A stretch of DNA of 64,000 nucleotides from Paraspadella gotoi (lineage: Eukaryota; Animalia; Chaetognatha): the NCBI GenBank assembly GCA_051294375.1, contig CM119264.1:975923-1039922 (forward strand), in the 5' to 3' direction. The translations under genes and the position numbers were made by a program. Positions 25,996 to 38,638 of the stretch are shown in pieces. Below the pieces are notes generated by a model, which searched no databases, was not told the DNA's origin, and saw nothing but the letters and a program-made list of their open reading frames with translations. Every line of letters begins with the position of its first letter. The first letter of the stretch is position 1.

Positions 25996-26261
25996 GCTCT
26001 TATAATTTTAACGATTAGGGTAAAATATTAGGTTAATGATTAATAATCAAGGTTTAAGGTTAGAGTTAAGCATTAGTCTTCAGCATTAGAGTGAATAACC
26101 AGGGTTAAAAATTAGCTTATTTATTTAGTTAAGTATTAAAATCAAATTGAGGAAACAAGCAATACAAATGACGCGGTTTTAGAAAAGTTAACATAATTAT
26201 CTTCTGTTTTTATTTCCAAATTAGGGAAATATTTTGTTTATTTTTTTTTTTCAAATAAAAG

Positions 26262-26421
26262 GACAATCATCCCATCATTCAACGGAGTTGGCGCCATCAA
26301 CTTTGCGGCGCCACTCGTCAGAAAATTGCTGGCGCGCGGATCAAACGGAACCTTCTGCAACGCCAACTACGGTGCCAAGGAGGAAAAGAGCGGAGCCGAA
26401 GCCTTTAATCGATCTTGGTCG
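26262..26421 (+). CDS. Probable kinesin tail exon; reading frame ambiguous (two frames open)
   Basis: Poly-T then AAAG acceptor, CG|GTATTT donor; GC-rich island. Confidence 0.5.
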
Positions 26422-26665
26422 GTATTTTATTTTCATTCTCTGTTTACTGTCAGTTTATCTGTCAGACTAAACCAATCTTTAATTCAAGAAACATGCTTTA
26501 TTTTTTATAAGGATATATTTCTGCAGTTATAACTAACGTTTTAATGTATGTTTCTATTGAAATTGATTAGCGGGTTTACTACGAAAAAACTGTTTGTAAA
26601 TAGTGACAAATTGAAATTAGTTTGAGAGGCAAAGAGTGAGACGCAGTTCAGGAGAACAATTTTGT

Positions 26666-26835
26666 AAGCTCCATGATGTTCATAAGTTATTTTTCACTGC
26701 TAAGCGAATGTGATGTTATGTTTCACTGCCAAGCTCCATGATATTCATAAGTTATGTTTCACTGCCGAGCGAATGTGATGTTATGTTTCACTGCCAAGCT
26801 CCATGATGTTCATAAGTTAAGTTTCACTGCCAAGC
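26666..26835. repeat. ~65-bp tandem repeat (~2.5 units)
   Basis: AAGCTCCATGATGTTCATAAGTTATGTTTCACTGCC repeated. Confidence 0.8.
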
Positions 26836-26969
26836 GCCGTGAGGCATGACATTTTTCTAAGACCACAATCACACACAATCACAGTTTCGGAAATACATTC
26901 AGCTCATATGAAAGAATCCAATAATTCAAAAAAGGGAGCATAGCATTTCATTCTCTCTCTCTCTCTCTG

Positions 26970-27105
<136 letters not shown>

Positions 27106-27191
27106 GTCACACCCTGGGATCTCTTCATATCCCACACCCATCAATTCTGGACACTTTTACTCGACGCCGAATTCACCAGCGACAGAGTCGG
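27106..27191 (+). CDS. Probable kinesin tail exon (SHPGISSYPTPINSGHFYSTPNSPATES in preferred frame)
   Basis: (CT)n-CAG acceptor, G|GTGATT donor. Confidence 0.5.
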
Positions 27192-27335
27192 GTGATTAAA
27201 TATGTCAAGACAATTTTATTTTCATAACTTGATGTTACTATAGTAAAATAAAAAAAATATTAACTAATTAACTACTAAAATTAAAATTAAACTATGAGCC
27301 AAAAATTCTAAAATTTTATTTAATATTTCTTTCAG

Positions 27336-27439
27336 TTCCTCCGAAATTTGATAAAAAAGGCTGCGCTCTACAAGATAACAACGTCGTAACGGAAATGTGC
27401 GGCTCTGCCGCGGCATCCCGCTGCGCTGACGTCTCTTGA
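27336..27439 (+). CDS. Probable terminal kinesin exon (VPPKFDKKGCALQDNN...RCADVS*)
   Basis: TTTCAG acceptor, TGA at 27437-27439, followed by AT-rich UTR-like sequence with AATAAA near 27741. Confidence 0.5.
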
Positions 27440-28089
27440 GATGTTGCTGCAGCTTCCTGCAGTGCTGTTTTTGTCTTCCTGCGGGTCAGTCGTTGTTTAT
27501 GTTATGTTATGACGGCATCTTGACTTTGGAAATATATATTTGTATATTTGTAAATCTATATTTCGTTAAATATGGTATTTAAAATAGATTGTAATTGTTG
27601 TTACTATTTATATTGCACATTTTCTTACTCTTGAATTTCACTGTGTGAAAAAAAAGAAAACTAAATATAAAAGATAATAAGTTGCTAATCGTGGTTCATT
27701 ACCAATGCAGTATTTTGTTTAAGTCCAAATAGCAAACCAAAATAAAACCGTGTCAACTGAATTTGCTGTAATGTTTATTTATTTTCAAATAGTTTCGGAA
27801 AACTTTTAGTGTATAAATGAAAAAGTTATATTATCTTTAGTCTTTGTTATCGTAGTCTATAAAAGGCCCATTACTTAATTAAAAACATTGTAAACCTGAT
27901 CATACCATGCTTGTATGACTTTTTGTCTGTCTAATGTCCTTCTTTCTCAATCTCTCTATCTATCTGGTTTTCCCACTTACTGACAGATACTCTCATTCAA
28001 ATATGTAAAAGATGTATATATATATATATATAAATATATATATGTATATAACTATATATATGTATATTATGGTGGAACAAAGTAAAAAC

Positions 28090-28761
28090 TAAGAGTTCTG
28101 TAATATAAATAGCGTTAGAGCATCCCTGTGGGATAACGAAATTACAAAAAAAATTTAGATTTTATGTAGACATTGGATTATTTTCTCTCTTTTCGTTGCG
28201 AAGTGAATATTAAGAAAGGTTTATTAGTGTGCCAATACAACAGCAACAAAAAAAAATCGTTGTATTGGCACACTAATAAACCTTTCATAATAAGATTTTA
28301 TCTATAGTTGATAACATTTAAAGCATTTAAAGCTTATTGTATTACTATAAATCAAAATCAGAATTTTTAAAAACGGATTCGGGTAGAGCTTAAAAAAATA
28401 AATAAAAAATATTACTACAAGTTTTCAAAATTTTTATATTTTATTGGTTAAAATTTAAAAAAGCTATAAAAATTATGGTACAATGATGATGATGATGATT
28501 TTATACAGCTTTTCTATTATTTGACCCACTTATCATCGAAATATTGAAAAACGCATTATACTTTGTGTAGACAACTTTTTATGGGCTATCTGAATCCGTT
28601 CTTAAACAATAGAATCTTTACAAAAAAATGTTTTCATTGGCTATGCCTTGATAAATATTTAAATGCTTCAATGTTATACTGTGCTTTACTAGTTAAAAAA
28701 GTGATAGTAAATATTGATTAAGTATAGATGGACAAAATAATTTTATATTACAGAACTCTTA
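28090..28761. mobile_element. MITE with TIR TAAGAGTTCTGTAATATAAA; partial copy at ~37416-37739 and related sequence at ~18930-19450
   Basis: 20-bp perfect terminal inverted repeats; dispersed copies in the window. Confidence 0.75.
28215..28287. repeat. Short perfect inverted repeat (28-bp arms) inside the 28090 MITE
   Basis: GAAAGGTTTATTAGTGTGCCAATACAAC / GTTGTATTGGCACACTAATAAACCTTTC. Confidence 0.8.
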
Positions 28762-29658
28762 AAGATAAAAAGTAATCAATTTTGACCCGCCTTAATGTTT
28801 ATACATACGTCTTCTAATATCCTTCATCCTTTGACAAGCAATTTAAATAATCACCTGTATTCAACTTAATTAATTCCTAACTACATGCATATTTATTCCT
28901 GGCCACTTTTGGCGCTTTTTTTCCCGAGAATATTCCTTTAGTCCAATATTAAATTTTAATCATATTATTTAATCTAGATATATATTCCTAAACTTAATTA
29001 CAAACAAAGTCCCTAACCTTAATCAATTACCTAATCTTTAACCTAATCCCAAACCTTAACAATTAACCTAATTTTTAACTAAGAAAATTATCTAAATTTA
29101 AAATAAAATGGGGCGTTTCGGAAAATGAGGCCTAACTTTTTAACTTGGGATACAAGGAAATAAATAAAGAGCCATATTCGTCTTTTGTCCTTTAATTTGA
29201 ATATATTAACAAATTTCTCGGCATTTAAGTATGCAACTGTAAGAAATATACGGCCATCATGAATGAAGAGATTTAACGAGAGGTGGTGATCCTTTTAAAA
29301 TAGTTTAAATCATTAGTCTCCTTCTAAAATTAAAATTCTTTTACGTGACAATTTCTTTTTCCATCCTGTTTATATAACATAACATATTGGGAGGCTCGCC
29401 TAATTAAATTTGAATAAATAACAAATTAAGAGCCCTCGTAAAACGTTATTTACAGCGTTAAACGATTATGAAAAAAAAAATATTAGTTCTAACAAGAGAC
29501 AGAATAGATTTTTGTTTAATAAGTATATAATTGAATTCGGTTTAGTAAAAAAAAAGATATTGTCACCTCTCATGGCCGAAAAAACCTTTTTTTATAATAA
29601 GTGAACGGCATAACAACATGAAAAAAAACTCATTGGCAATTAAACAAGCGCGTTAAAA

Positions 29659-29748
<90 letters not shown>

Positions 29749-32123
29749 ATCTGGTTAAGTTAAGATCGTGCTGCATGCAACGAAGATGCGATTAAAAGCT
29801 GCAATTTTAAAAAAAAAAAAAATTCCACGTGATGATTTTGCTGCTGATGTTTCTTCTGTAAAATATCGGTAGATGGCGCAAAGTCAGTTTATCGGTAAAA
29901 CGTATAGCTCAAAGGGGCGATCTTAAAATTGATTAACTTAATTAACTTTAGTCTAATAATCTTAATGACTGGAACCGATAAACAGAATTTGTGGCCTCGT
30001 TAAGTTAACAAAACAAGACAGGAACAAGTTATTTTCATAACAATTTAATCTTTAAAAGTTCATTAAATTAAAGAAAAAAAAGATTATTTCAGAGAGAGTT
30101 GCTGACTTGTTAAGGGCATATTATTATCTTTATAAGTTGACGAGTATAATTTAGTTATAATTCCTTTTTTTAACTTAAAAAACAACTAAATTCGGAATGT
30201 GGCCAATAGCGGGATGAGGCAGCCTTGAATGGAGATCAGAAGAAGAAAAAAAAAAGAAAACCCAGCCATATATTTTTTTGCTATTTATATATATATATAT
30301 ATATATATAAATTATTTTTTTAAAATTGGCAATGATTTTTGCAGTCATAGTTTGCAGTTGAATCCAAACGAATGGTAACTATTAAATACCGAATTTTTAT
30401 CAATATGATATGTACCGCTGACGAGTTATCTTTTTTCTTTTGGGGGGGTTTCAGAAAAAAGAAAAGAGACAATGAGCTAAGGGTATCTCCCACCGGAAGA
30501 ATACACTATGCCGATTTTAATTATATATTGATTAATATCGATGTCATGCTCTTTTTACTTATTCTTGTTTTTTTATTTTCAAATTCTTTTTTTTTCGTTA
30601 TTTTCTTAGATGAGTACTTTGGTTTTCATGAAATATTTTTGATGACCGGTGTTCGTTTCATATATTATTAAAAAAGTGATTTATTTTTAATGTTTAGCAA
30701 AAGTAAAAAAAATGTAATTATACGTTCCTTTATGACAGAAAAAGTTGTTTAAGGTAATAAAGATTGTTAGTATGTCGTTAAAATATATTCGTGAAATATA
30801 AAAAAAAAAATAGGAGCCAGAAGGTAAAAAAAGTCAATGATGATCATTTTTTGGGGGGTTTTAATTAATTTTTACAACTCAATTAGTAAAAAAAAATAAT
30901 TCATGAGATTCTTTTGTAGTATAATTTAAAAATTTATGTAATTTAAAAAGTGTCATAAAAGATTTCCTTATTTAGTTTAAGTGAGTGAATTTTTGAAATA
31001 TACGACAAAAAGAACAATGGCGAACTAATTATTCTTTTTTAAACGAATCACCTTAAGGATTAAAAATCGAATTCAATGTTTGTAGTTTTGATGTTTTTTT
31101 ATTGTTTTGTTTTGTTTTGTTTTCTACTTTGTTCCTGTTTTTTTTCCTTCTTTTTCAACCTCTTCCATGTCCAAAGAAGACCCCAAATTTAAATTAAAAT
31201 TTCGACTAGGGCATGTATGTATGTATGTATTGCATGATTTAGATTGCATAGCACGATTTTCTTTTTTTCTCTCAGATAGTTCGACATCATCTTTCTTCAG
31301 ATTTTTTTTTAAGAAAGAGAGAGAGAGAGAGAGTTGATTTAAAAATGAGACAAATTAAAACAAACAAATGACTAATTGTGTCATTCAAACGCAGAAATGG
31401 AGACAAGAGAGACAAATAGACAAACGTATCTCTGATGTTAATTTTTTGAAGATTAAGGTCAACACATTGATTCGACATTTAAAGTAAGAAGTATTATTAT
31501 TATCTCGATATTCTCTGCACGTTTTATGGTATCTTTAATAATTTGTTTTTTTATTTTTTTTGGCAATGTAAAAAAAAAACGAACGACGATTGATTATTTT
31601 ATTAATGTTTATTTATTATTATTTAAAAAATGGTAGGGAAGCGTTGGAATAAAAATTAGAAGACGTTTAGATGATGTGATGTGATTGTTTTGTTTTGTTT
31701 TTAAGTTTTGTGTTATCTCATTCAGTTGTTTCGGTTATTGTTTCGTGTTTTGGTAGCACCTCATCGGCAAGAGATTTCTCCACTCGGTTCTTGTCTTAAG
31801 TTTATACGAAGATTAGTAAAAAAAAATGTCAATCTTGTTTTTTTTTGTTTTTTTGTTTTTTTAGTACGCGCCTTTTGTTTTTCTTTTTCGCGCGCAATCG
31901 ACATTTGACGAAATTAACTTTTTTTTCTTTTTAATATTAATGGCAACGATAATATTAGTTATTATAAATAGAAGAGGAAATGGAAAGGTGCGCTAGAAAT
32001 CAATTTGAATTAAAAATAAATAAATAACGACGGAAAAATGAGATAAAATGTGGGACAGATAATAACTATTTCCTCATTCGGGGAAAAAAAGACATCGGAT
32101 CGCAAGAAAAACTTAAAAACTAA

Positions 32124-32308
32124 GGCTCTCTTTTCCCAGAGCGCCCCATTTCTGTTGCTTTATCCCGGAATTTAATATTTAACCTATTTACGTTCTTAAA
32201 TTTATAACCTAATCCTTAACTCTAATTCTCTAATCATTAACATAAAAAAAAAAATTAACCGAATTCCGAATTTAAGATTAAAATGGGGCGTTCTCGGAAA
32301 ATAAGGCC
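32124..32308. mobile_element. Representative of a high-copy MITE-like family with GGC-ended ~27-bp TIRs and telomere-like core; other copies ~5370-5851, ending ~13508, 17369-17618, 28911-29132, 48922-49179, 63317-63705
   Basis: GGCTCTCTTTTCCCAGAGCGCCCCATTT / AAATGGGGCGTTCTCGGAAAATAAGGCC flanking TAACCT/TAACCC-rich interior. Confidence 0.75.
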
Positions 32309-32490
32309 AAAAAGGGCTCTGTTTTTCTATTTGTGATACATTTGAAATTTATTTTTCTTTTGAGTTTTTTTATTTTGGTTGCGTGAAGATGGAATTAATT
32401 TTGGGTTTGTTTTTTGGTGAACTACATACATATCGATTCCCGGCGGATATATCACACGCGTCGGTTCAATTTATCACAAACGTGGAGTTA

Positions 32491-32621
32491 TCACAAGTCT
32501 GTCGTTTCAACGTTAATGGATGTGAAGTCAAGATTGATGAGCTGACGCTCGATAGTGGACGAGGATGTGGAAGCAGCGGCTGCGGTGAGAGGAATATCTC
32601 TCGCTGGAGATTTGGAAAAAC
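32491..32621 (-). CDS. Terminal exon of minus-strand gene (GFSKSPARDIP...LDFTSINVETTDL*), class I PDZ ligand
   Basis: TTCAG acceptor, phase 1 matches upstream exon, stop TGA at 32493-32491; T-x-L C-terminus. Confidence 0.8.
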
Positions 32622-32998
32622 CTGAACGAAAAAAGTTGAGGAAAGTTTTAATATGTCTAATCAAATTGACTTTGTTACGTTATGATTACGTTACTAAATA
32701 TGAAACATATACATAACAAGCATTTTATGTATGGATGCTCATTTATTTGTAAAGCATTTGTAAAGCCCAAGTATTAACAAAAATAACTAAGTATTACTAA
32801 AACTATACACGTATCAACTTTTTAATCACGTACAAGCGGTATTCAAAGAAAACACACTCATTGTACACAATTTTTCTACTGGGTAAATTCCATTCAGAGG
32901 AACAGTCTAAATACCGACCAACGGACCAAAAAGAGTGCAATAGAGATGCTACTACTAGCGGCACAACTAAAAAAAAAGGTAAGTGCCTTTTAACTGAC

Positions 32999-33418
32999 CT
33001 CCGCCGTCCGACGCGGCGGGGCAAGAGGAATGCCGGTGTTGTTGTTGATGTAATGGTTGCTGCAGAAGTTCTTCCTCTTGTCGCTCTCGTCTACGCCGTT
33101 GCTGCAGCAGCTCTTGCTGCAGCGGCCCTTGCTGCAGCTCCGGGCGAGACGAAACATTTCCTTCATTTGTAGCGTTGATGATGATAGTTGGTTCTCGATG
33201 CTGCGATGGCTGATGCTGTAGTTGCTGCAGACGAGGCAGTTCTTGCTGTTGCTGCGAATCCGAGGGCGATCGATTTTCTCCGAGGCTTCGCCAATGTCTG
33301 ATGCCGCGCGGCCGGGGACGGTGATGCTGCGGTTGCGGCAACGCTTGACGATCCTCTCCCGTCCACCGAGTCTCTTCCTTCGTTGGGATTCGCTGACTTT
33401 GCTGCTTTCTTAGAATCC
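32999..33418 (-). CDS. Minus-strand gene Gln-rich tail exon (GILRKQQSQRIP...AASDGG)
   Basis: TGTCAG acceptor, G|GTCAGT donor, 420 nt phase 1-1, open frame. Confidence 0.8.
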
Positions 33419-33434
33419 CTGACAGAGCGAAAAC

Positions 33435-33648
33435 CAATATATTACAATACATCACAATATATTACAATACATCACAATATATTACAATACATCACAATAT
33501 ATTACCTTATATCGCAAAATATTGCAATACATAACAATATATTACAATAAATCATAATATATTACAATACATCACAATATTTTACAATACATAACGATAT
33601 ATTACAATACGTCACAATATATTACAATACATCACAACATATTACAAT
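33435..33648. repeat. 20-bp minisatellite (ATTACAATACATCACAATAT)
   Basis: About 10 tandem units next to an acceptor site. Confidence 0.9.
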
Positions 33649-34223
33649 TGACTTTTAACTGTCGTTAAAACAAATGCTTAAATTTTGAAAACCAAAATTA
33701 CTACTTTGTAAGAGGGATGTTTAAAGTCAGGGCAAGATATCAGATTTATAAATGTATAAATAATTTATATATTGGTTGTAAAATATTGGTTAATACAACA
33801 AATTTTACAACAAGGTTAAAGATTAGGGTTAGGGATTAATTTTTAAGTTAAATAACATATTAATTTAAGTCAAAGAACATATTAATTTAATTCAAAGAAC
33901 ATATTAATTTAAATTAAAGAACATTAATTTAAGTTAAAGAACATATTAATTTAAGTTAAAAAACATATTTTATCCAATATTAAGATTAAAATTGGGAAAA
34001 AAAAGAAAGGAAAAATTGGGCAATCTCGGAAAAAAAAGTCAATAATTCTAACTATTTAATTCCGATTTGATTTCGATTCCGATTCTTGAATTCGATTCCA
34101 CCTTCGATGTACCCCTCATTAACCAAAAAATCATTATTAAGCGGTTAAAGATTGACCGTATTTTGGCCCTTGACGCGTTTTTATTCTATCAAGACCCCTA
34201 TCCCAACCCACGAAAAGCCCTAC

Positions 34224-34475
34224 CCGTTTGACCGACTTCCGAGTCGGAGTGGCAAGATGAAACTCTGGCCGGACTTGGCCCTCTCGTGCCGGGCGAAGGT
34301 CGAGGGACGGAGCGGGCGACGGGCCAAGGCGTGTGAGGAGCCGAGGAGGATGAGGTGGAGACGCGGGCGGAGGAGGAACGACGAGAGGGAGAAGGCGAGG
34401 AGAGAGGGAGACGAGAGGAAGGAGAAGGAGAGAGGGAGGAAGAAAAGACGGTGGAGCGAGGAGAGAGTGGAATGC
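34224..34475 (-). CDS. Minus-strand gene Ser/Pro-rich exon (GIPLSPRST...SCHSDSEVGQT)
   Basis: AAG acceptor, G|GTAGGG donor, 252 nt phase 1-1. Confidence 0.7.
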
Positions 34476-34667
34476 CTTTTTTTTTTGAGGGTGGAAAGGG
34501 ATTGATCAATCAAAATCAATCAAATCAATTAATCAAAATAATCAATTAATCAATCAATCAATCAATCAAACCAATTAATCAAATCAAATAAAATCAAATC
34601 AAATCAAATCAATTCAATCAAATCAATCAAATCAATCAAATCAAATCAAATAAAATCAAATATTTAC

Positions 34668-34706
34668 CTGAGGTTGTACTGATATCACACTTGGGTAGTG
34701 AAGATC
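34668..34706 (-). CDS. Minus-strand gene 39-nt microexon (GSSLPKCDISTTS)
   Basis: ATTAG acceptor, CAG|GTAAAT donor, phase 1-1. Confidence 0.6.
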
Positions 34707-34848
34707 CTAATTTGAAATTTTATGGCAGCAAAAAAATGAAAGGATATTTCAGTTTAATAAACTTTAAATGCAATTACTAGCAAAAATATTACAATGCAAC
34801 ATATGTAACTGTTTTGAAACGCTTAAAGTTATTAAAAATCAATAATAA

Positions 34849-35039
34849 TGTGGATAAGGAGCTCGGTAGGTTGGAGAGTGTTATCCGCAACTTTAGCATG
34901 GAACGGGTCCTAAGTCCATTGGGGATCAATCTCGGTACCTCATAGTCATGAGCTGAAGGTAATACTCTAAAACCAGAAGGTCACGACAGAAGGTTTCATG
35001 TTTAAGGGCGGGGTGAACTTGTCGCAATGAACGACTACA
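34849..35039 (+). mobile_element. Internally deleted solo LTR, same family
   Basis: TGTGGATAAGG start, CGACTACA end, shared internal blocks. Confidence 0.7.
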
Positions 35040-35085
35040 GATTACAAATCTCAAAGCTGAAATCTTTCACGTTCTTAATTCCCAC

Positions 35086-35166
35086 CTGATTTAGACTTGA
35101 AATCCTGAGCAGTTTCGGTCTCAGGAATTGGAGACGGAATAGTTATGAAGATGTCCGTACAGGCGC
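35086..35166 (-). CDS. Minus-strand gene exon (GACTDIFITIPSPIPETETAQDFKSKS)
   Basis: Pyrimidine tract + TTCCAG, CAG|GTGGGA donor, 81 nt phase 1-1. Confidence 0.72.
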
Positions 35167-35466
35167 CTGGAAAGTTGAAGAGAGAAAGTAGATAAAAGAG
35201 AAGAGAAAATAATTTTTAAAAGTAAAACGAAAAGTAGATAAAAGAGAAGAGAAGACAAAATGTGAATAAAAAGAAAAGGTCACAAGAAACTAACTAAAAG
35301 TGGAAATATTAATAAAAATTCCCTGGCTTTTTTCCATTAAACATTTTTCAAAATTTTTAGTTTTCAGTTAATGCAAGAATAAACTGTTAAAACTTAAAAG
35401 ACAGACAGACAGACAGACAGATCGAAAAGCGTCTCATAGAGTTGCATCTTGCAGCGATTAAAAAAA

Positions 35467-36582
35467 AGAGATCTGGCTAGAGATTTGCTGAAAAATCTGG
35501 TTAGAAATCTGGTTATAGATTTGGTTAGAAATTTGGTTAGATATTTGGTTAGAGATTTGGTTAGAGATCTGTTTAGAGATTTTGTGAAAGGTCTGGTTAG
35601 AAATTTGGTGAGAGATATGGTTAGAGATTTGGTGAGAGATCTGGTTAAAGATCTGGCGAGAGATCTGGTGAAAGATTTGTTGAGAGATCTGGTTAGAGAT
35701 CTGGTTAGATATTTGCTGAGAGATCTGGTTAGAGATCTGGATAGAGATTTGATTAGAGATCTGGTTAAAGATTTTGTGAAAGATCTGATTAGAGATTTGG
35801 TGAGAGATCTTGATAAATATTTGGTGAGAGATCTGGATAAAGATTTGGTGAGAGATCTGGTTAGAGATTTTCTGAGAGATCTGGTGAGAGATCTGGATAG
35901 AGATTTGGTGAGAGATCTGGTTAAAGATTTTATGAAAGATCTGATTAGAGATTTGCTGAGAGATCTGGTTAGAGATTTGCTGAGAGATCCGGTTAGAAAT
36001 TTGTGAAAAATCTGATTAGAGATTTTGTAAGAGATCTGGTTAGAGATTTTTGAAAGATCTGGTTAAAGATTTGGTAAGAAATCTGGTTACATATTTTCTG
36101 AGAGATTCGGTTAGAGATCTGGCTAAAAAATTGGTAAGAGATTTGGTGAGAGATCAAGTTAGAGACTTGTGAAAGAGCTGCTTAAAGATTTTCTGGATAG
36201 AGATTTGGTAAGAGATAAAGTTAGAGACTTGTGAAAGAGCTGCTTAAAGATTTTCTGGATAGAGATTTGGTAAAGAGATCAAGTTAGAGACTTGTGAAAG
36301 AGCTGCTTAAAGATTTTCTGGATAGAGATTTGGTAAGAGATCAAGTTAGAGACTTGTGAGAGAGCTGCTTAAAGATTTTCTGGATAGAGATTTGGTAAGA
36401 GATCAAGTTAGAGATTTGTGAAAGAGCTGCTTAAAGATTTTCTGGATAGAGATTTGGTAAGAGATCAAGTTAGAGACTTGTGAAAGAGCTGCTTAAAGAT
36501 TTTCTGAATAGAGATTTGGTAAGAGATCTGGTTAGAGATTTTTGAAAGATCTGGTTAAAGATTTGCTGGATAGAGATCTGGT
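35467..36582. repeat. 12-bp satellite (AGAGATCTGGTT) grading into a ~53-bp higher-order repeat at ~36150-36530
   Basis: Direct tandem repetition; source of the (RDLV)n ORF. Confidence 0.9.
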
Positions 36583-36586
36583 TGAG

Positions 36587-36722
36587 GATTAAGGTTATAG
36601 ATTAGGGTTAGGGAATAAGATTAAGGTTATGGATTAGGGTTAGGGAATAAGATTAAGGTTATTGATTAGGGTTAGGGAATAAGATTAAGGTTATTGATTA
36701 GGGTTAGGGAATAAGATTTAGG
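36587..36722. repeat. ~31-bp TTAGGGTTAGGG-containing tandem repeat
   Basis: GATTAAGGTTATTGATTAGGGTTAGGGAATAA x4. Confidence 0.85.
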
Positions 36723-36828
36723 GGATAATATTAACGAGTCAGGCTAACTATTTATGCAAAAGATTAAAGTTTAATATTTGGCTTAAAATTAAGCGCAGTG
36801 ATTAGTGCCAAAGTTATTTTTCTTTTAC

Positions 36829-36999
36829 CTCCTCCGATTTTCTCTCCCATTGTCTTCCCCACTTCCTCCTCCTCCTCTTCCTCCTCCTCCTCTTCCGAAC
36901 GACGAAGAGGACGACGAAGACGACGATGAAGATTCTCCTCCCTCTCTTCCTCCTCCTCCTCCTCTTCCTCCTTTGAATAAGCGGCTGCGTTTAACGACT

Positions 37000-37032
<33 letters not shown>

Positions 37033-37329
37033 GCGACCTCTGACGGGAGAACGCCCCCGCGCCGCAAAGAGACGAGGCTGGCGCCGCGACGCCGGGCGAG
37101 GGCGTGGAAGCGTCCGAGGATGCGGTGCCGGAAGGAGTCGGAGAAGCCAGCGGCGCCTTGCGGAGAAGCGGCGCCGCTGCGGTCGGGCGGAGAGGCGGCG
37201 TCAGTGAAGCGGACGTCGCCGCTGCGGGGAAATCGAGGCGTCGAACGAATGGAGAGACGGCGACCGAAGGAGTTGAGCTGGCGAGTTCATCCGAAGGGGA
37301 ATAGCAGTAAGAGGAGTTGACGATGCCGC
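36829..37329 (-). CDS. Minus-strand gene low-complexity exon (GGIVNSSYCYSPSDE...polyT...polyE)
   Basis: TTCCAG acceptor, GAG|GTAAAA donor, 501 nt phase 1-1, GC-rich. Confidence 0.8.
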
Positions 37330-38148
37330 CTGGAAGTATAGGACAAGTATTGGAGTATTGGAGTATTGTAAGTATTGGGCAATAAGGTGGGCCCAAATTG
37401 ATCACGTTTTATCGTTAAGAGTTCTGTAATATAAAATTCATTTGTCTATTACATACCTAATCAATAATTACTATCCCTTTTTTAACTAGTGAAGCACAGT
37501 ATAACATTGAAGCATTTAAATATTTATCAATGCATAGGCAATTAAAAAAAAATTAAATTTTATTTTTTAAGAACGCATTCAGATAGCCCATAAAAAGTAT
37601 AATTCGTTTGTCAATATTTCGATGATAAGTGGGTCAAATAATGAAAAAAACTCTTTAAAATCATCTTCATCATCGTACCATAATTTTTATATTTTTTTGC
37701 TAATTTTAAACAATAAAACATAAAAATTTTGAAATCTTGGACGGTCTCGCTTTGCCATCGCAGAGGGAAGTCGTTCGGTCTGTGGATGGAACACAACGCC
37801 TGGGATGGTGCGTTCCCCCTCTGAGCCAATGGGATTGGCCGAACGCTGATGGACGTGAGGCGGTGTGAATAACTGAATATACTGCCTCACCGTTTCGTGA
37901 TTACGGGATGAGGAGGAGGGGACGACAAAGGGAGGAAGAGGAAGAGATGTTGAGAGGGAAAAGAGAAGACCCGGGGAAGATAAAGGCCCTGGCGGTAGGG
38001 AGAGCCTCTCTCCTGTTTTCTCTTCCCTTCCCCTCTTTAGTCCTCAGCAATGACCTCTTCCATCTGACCTGCAGCAATGACCTGCAGCAATGACCTCTAC
38101 AATCTGACCTGCAGCCATGACCTGCAGCAATGACCTCTACAATCTGAC

Positions 38149-38253
38149 CTGCAGCACCGTCAAGAGTCGGAGATGTTTTGTACGAAGATGAGGAAGAGCC
38201 TTTGGGAACCGTGATTGCAGAGAGGGAGAGACTCGTCGCTTTCGACTTCATCC
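38149..38253 (-). CDS. Minus-strand gene exon (RMKSKATSLSLSAITVPKG...DGAA)
   Basis: TTTTAG acceptor, CAG|GTCAGA donor, 105 nt phase 1-1. Confidence 0.72.
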
Positions 38254-38533
38254 CTAAAATTGGGAAAAGAAATTAAAAGGGATTGACTTCATCCCTAATA
38301 TGGGAAGAAGAAATGAAAAAAAAAAATTACGAAAATAATTCCGGGAATGATGAGAAATGAATAAGAAGATTAATGGAGAATAAAGAAACAGAAAAATGAA
38401 GAAAAAAAGGGGAACATGAAGAAAAATGGTACCATTTAAGGAAAGGTGGTACGACTGCACAAAAAAAAAAAAACCGAAAAAATCAAAACAAAAACAAACA
38501 AACACAAAAACAAAAGTGAAAGAAAAATCTTAC

Positions 38534-38638
38534 TTCGCTGAAACAAAGCTCCGGTCGGCGTGTGAGATGAGAAAGTTCGTGGGAGAGAATTTGGATTTAA
38601 ACCCTGACTCGAACCTGGACTCGAACCTGGACCCCGAC
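38534..38638 (-). CDS. Minus-strand gene exon (GRGPGSSPGSSQGLNPNSLPRTFSSHTPTGALFQR)
   Basis: TTCCAG acceptor, A|GTAAGA donor, 105 nt phase 1-1; an indel-ridden inverted copy lies at ~45584-45693 (+). Confidence 0.75.

Noticed and set aside
35449-36006. 185-aa (RDLV)n ORF resembling a leucine-rich or coiled-coil protein
   Set aside because: Translation of a 12-bp satellite, non-ATG start, antisense within an intron, no splice support
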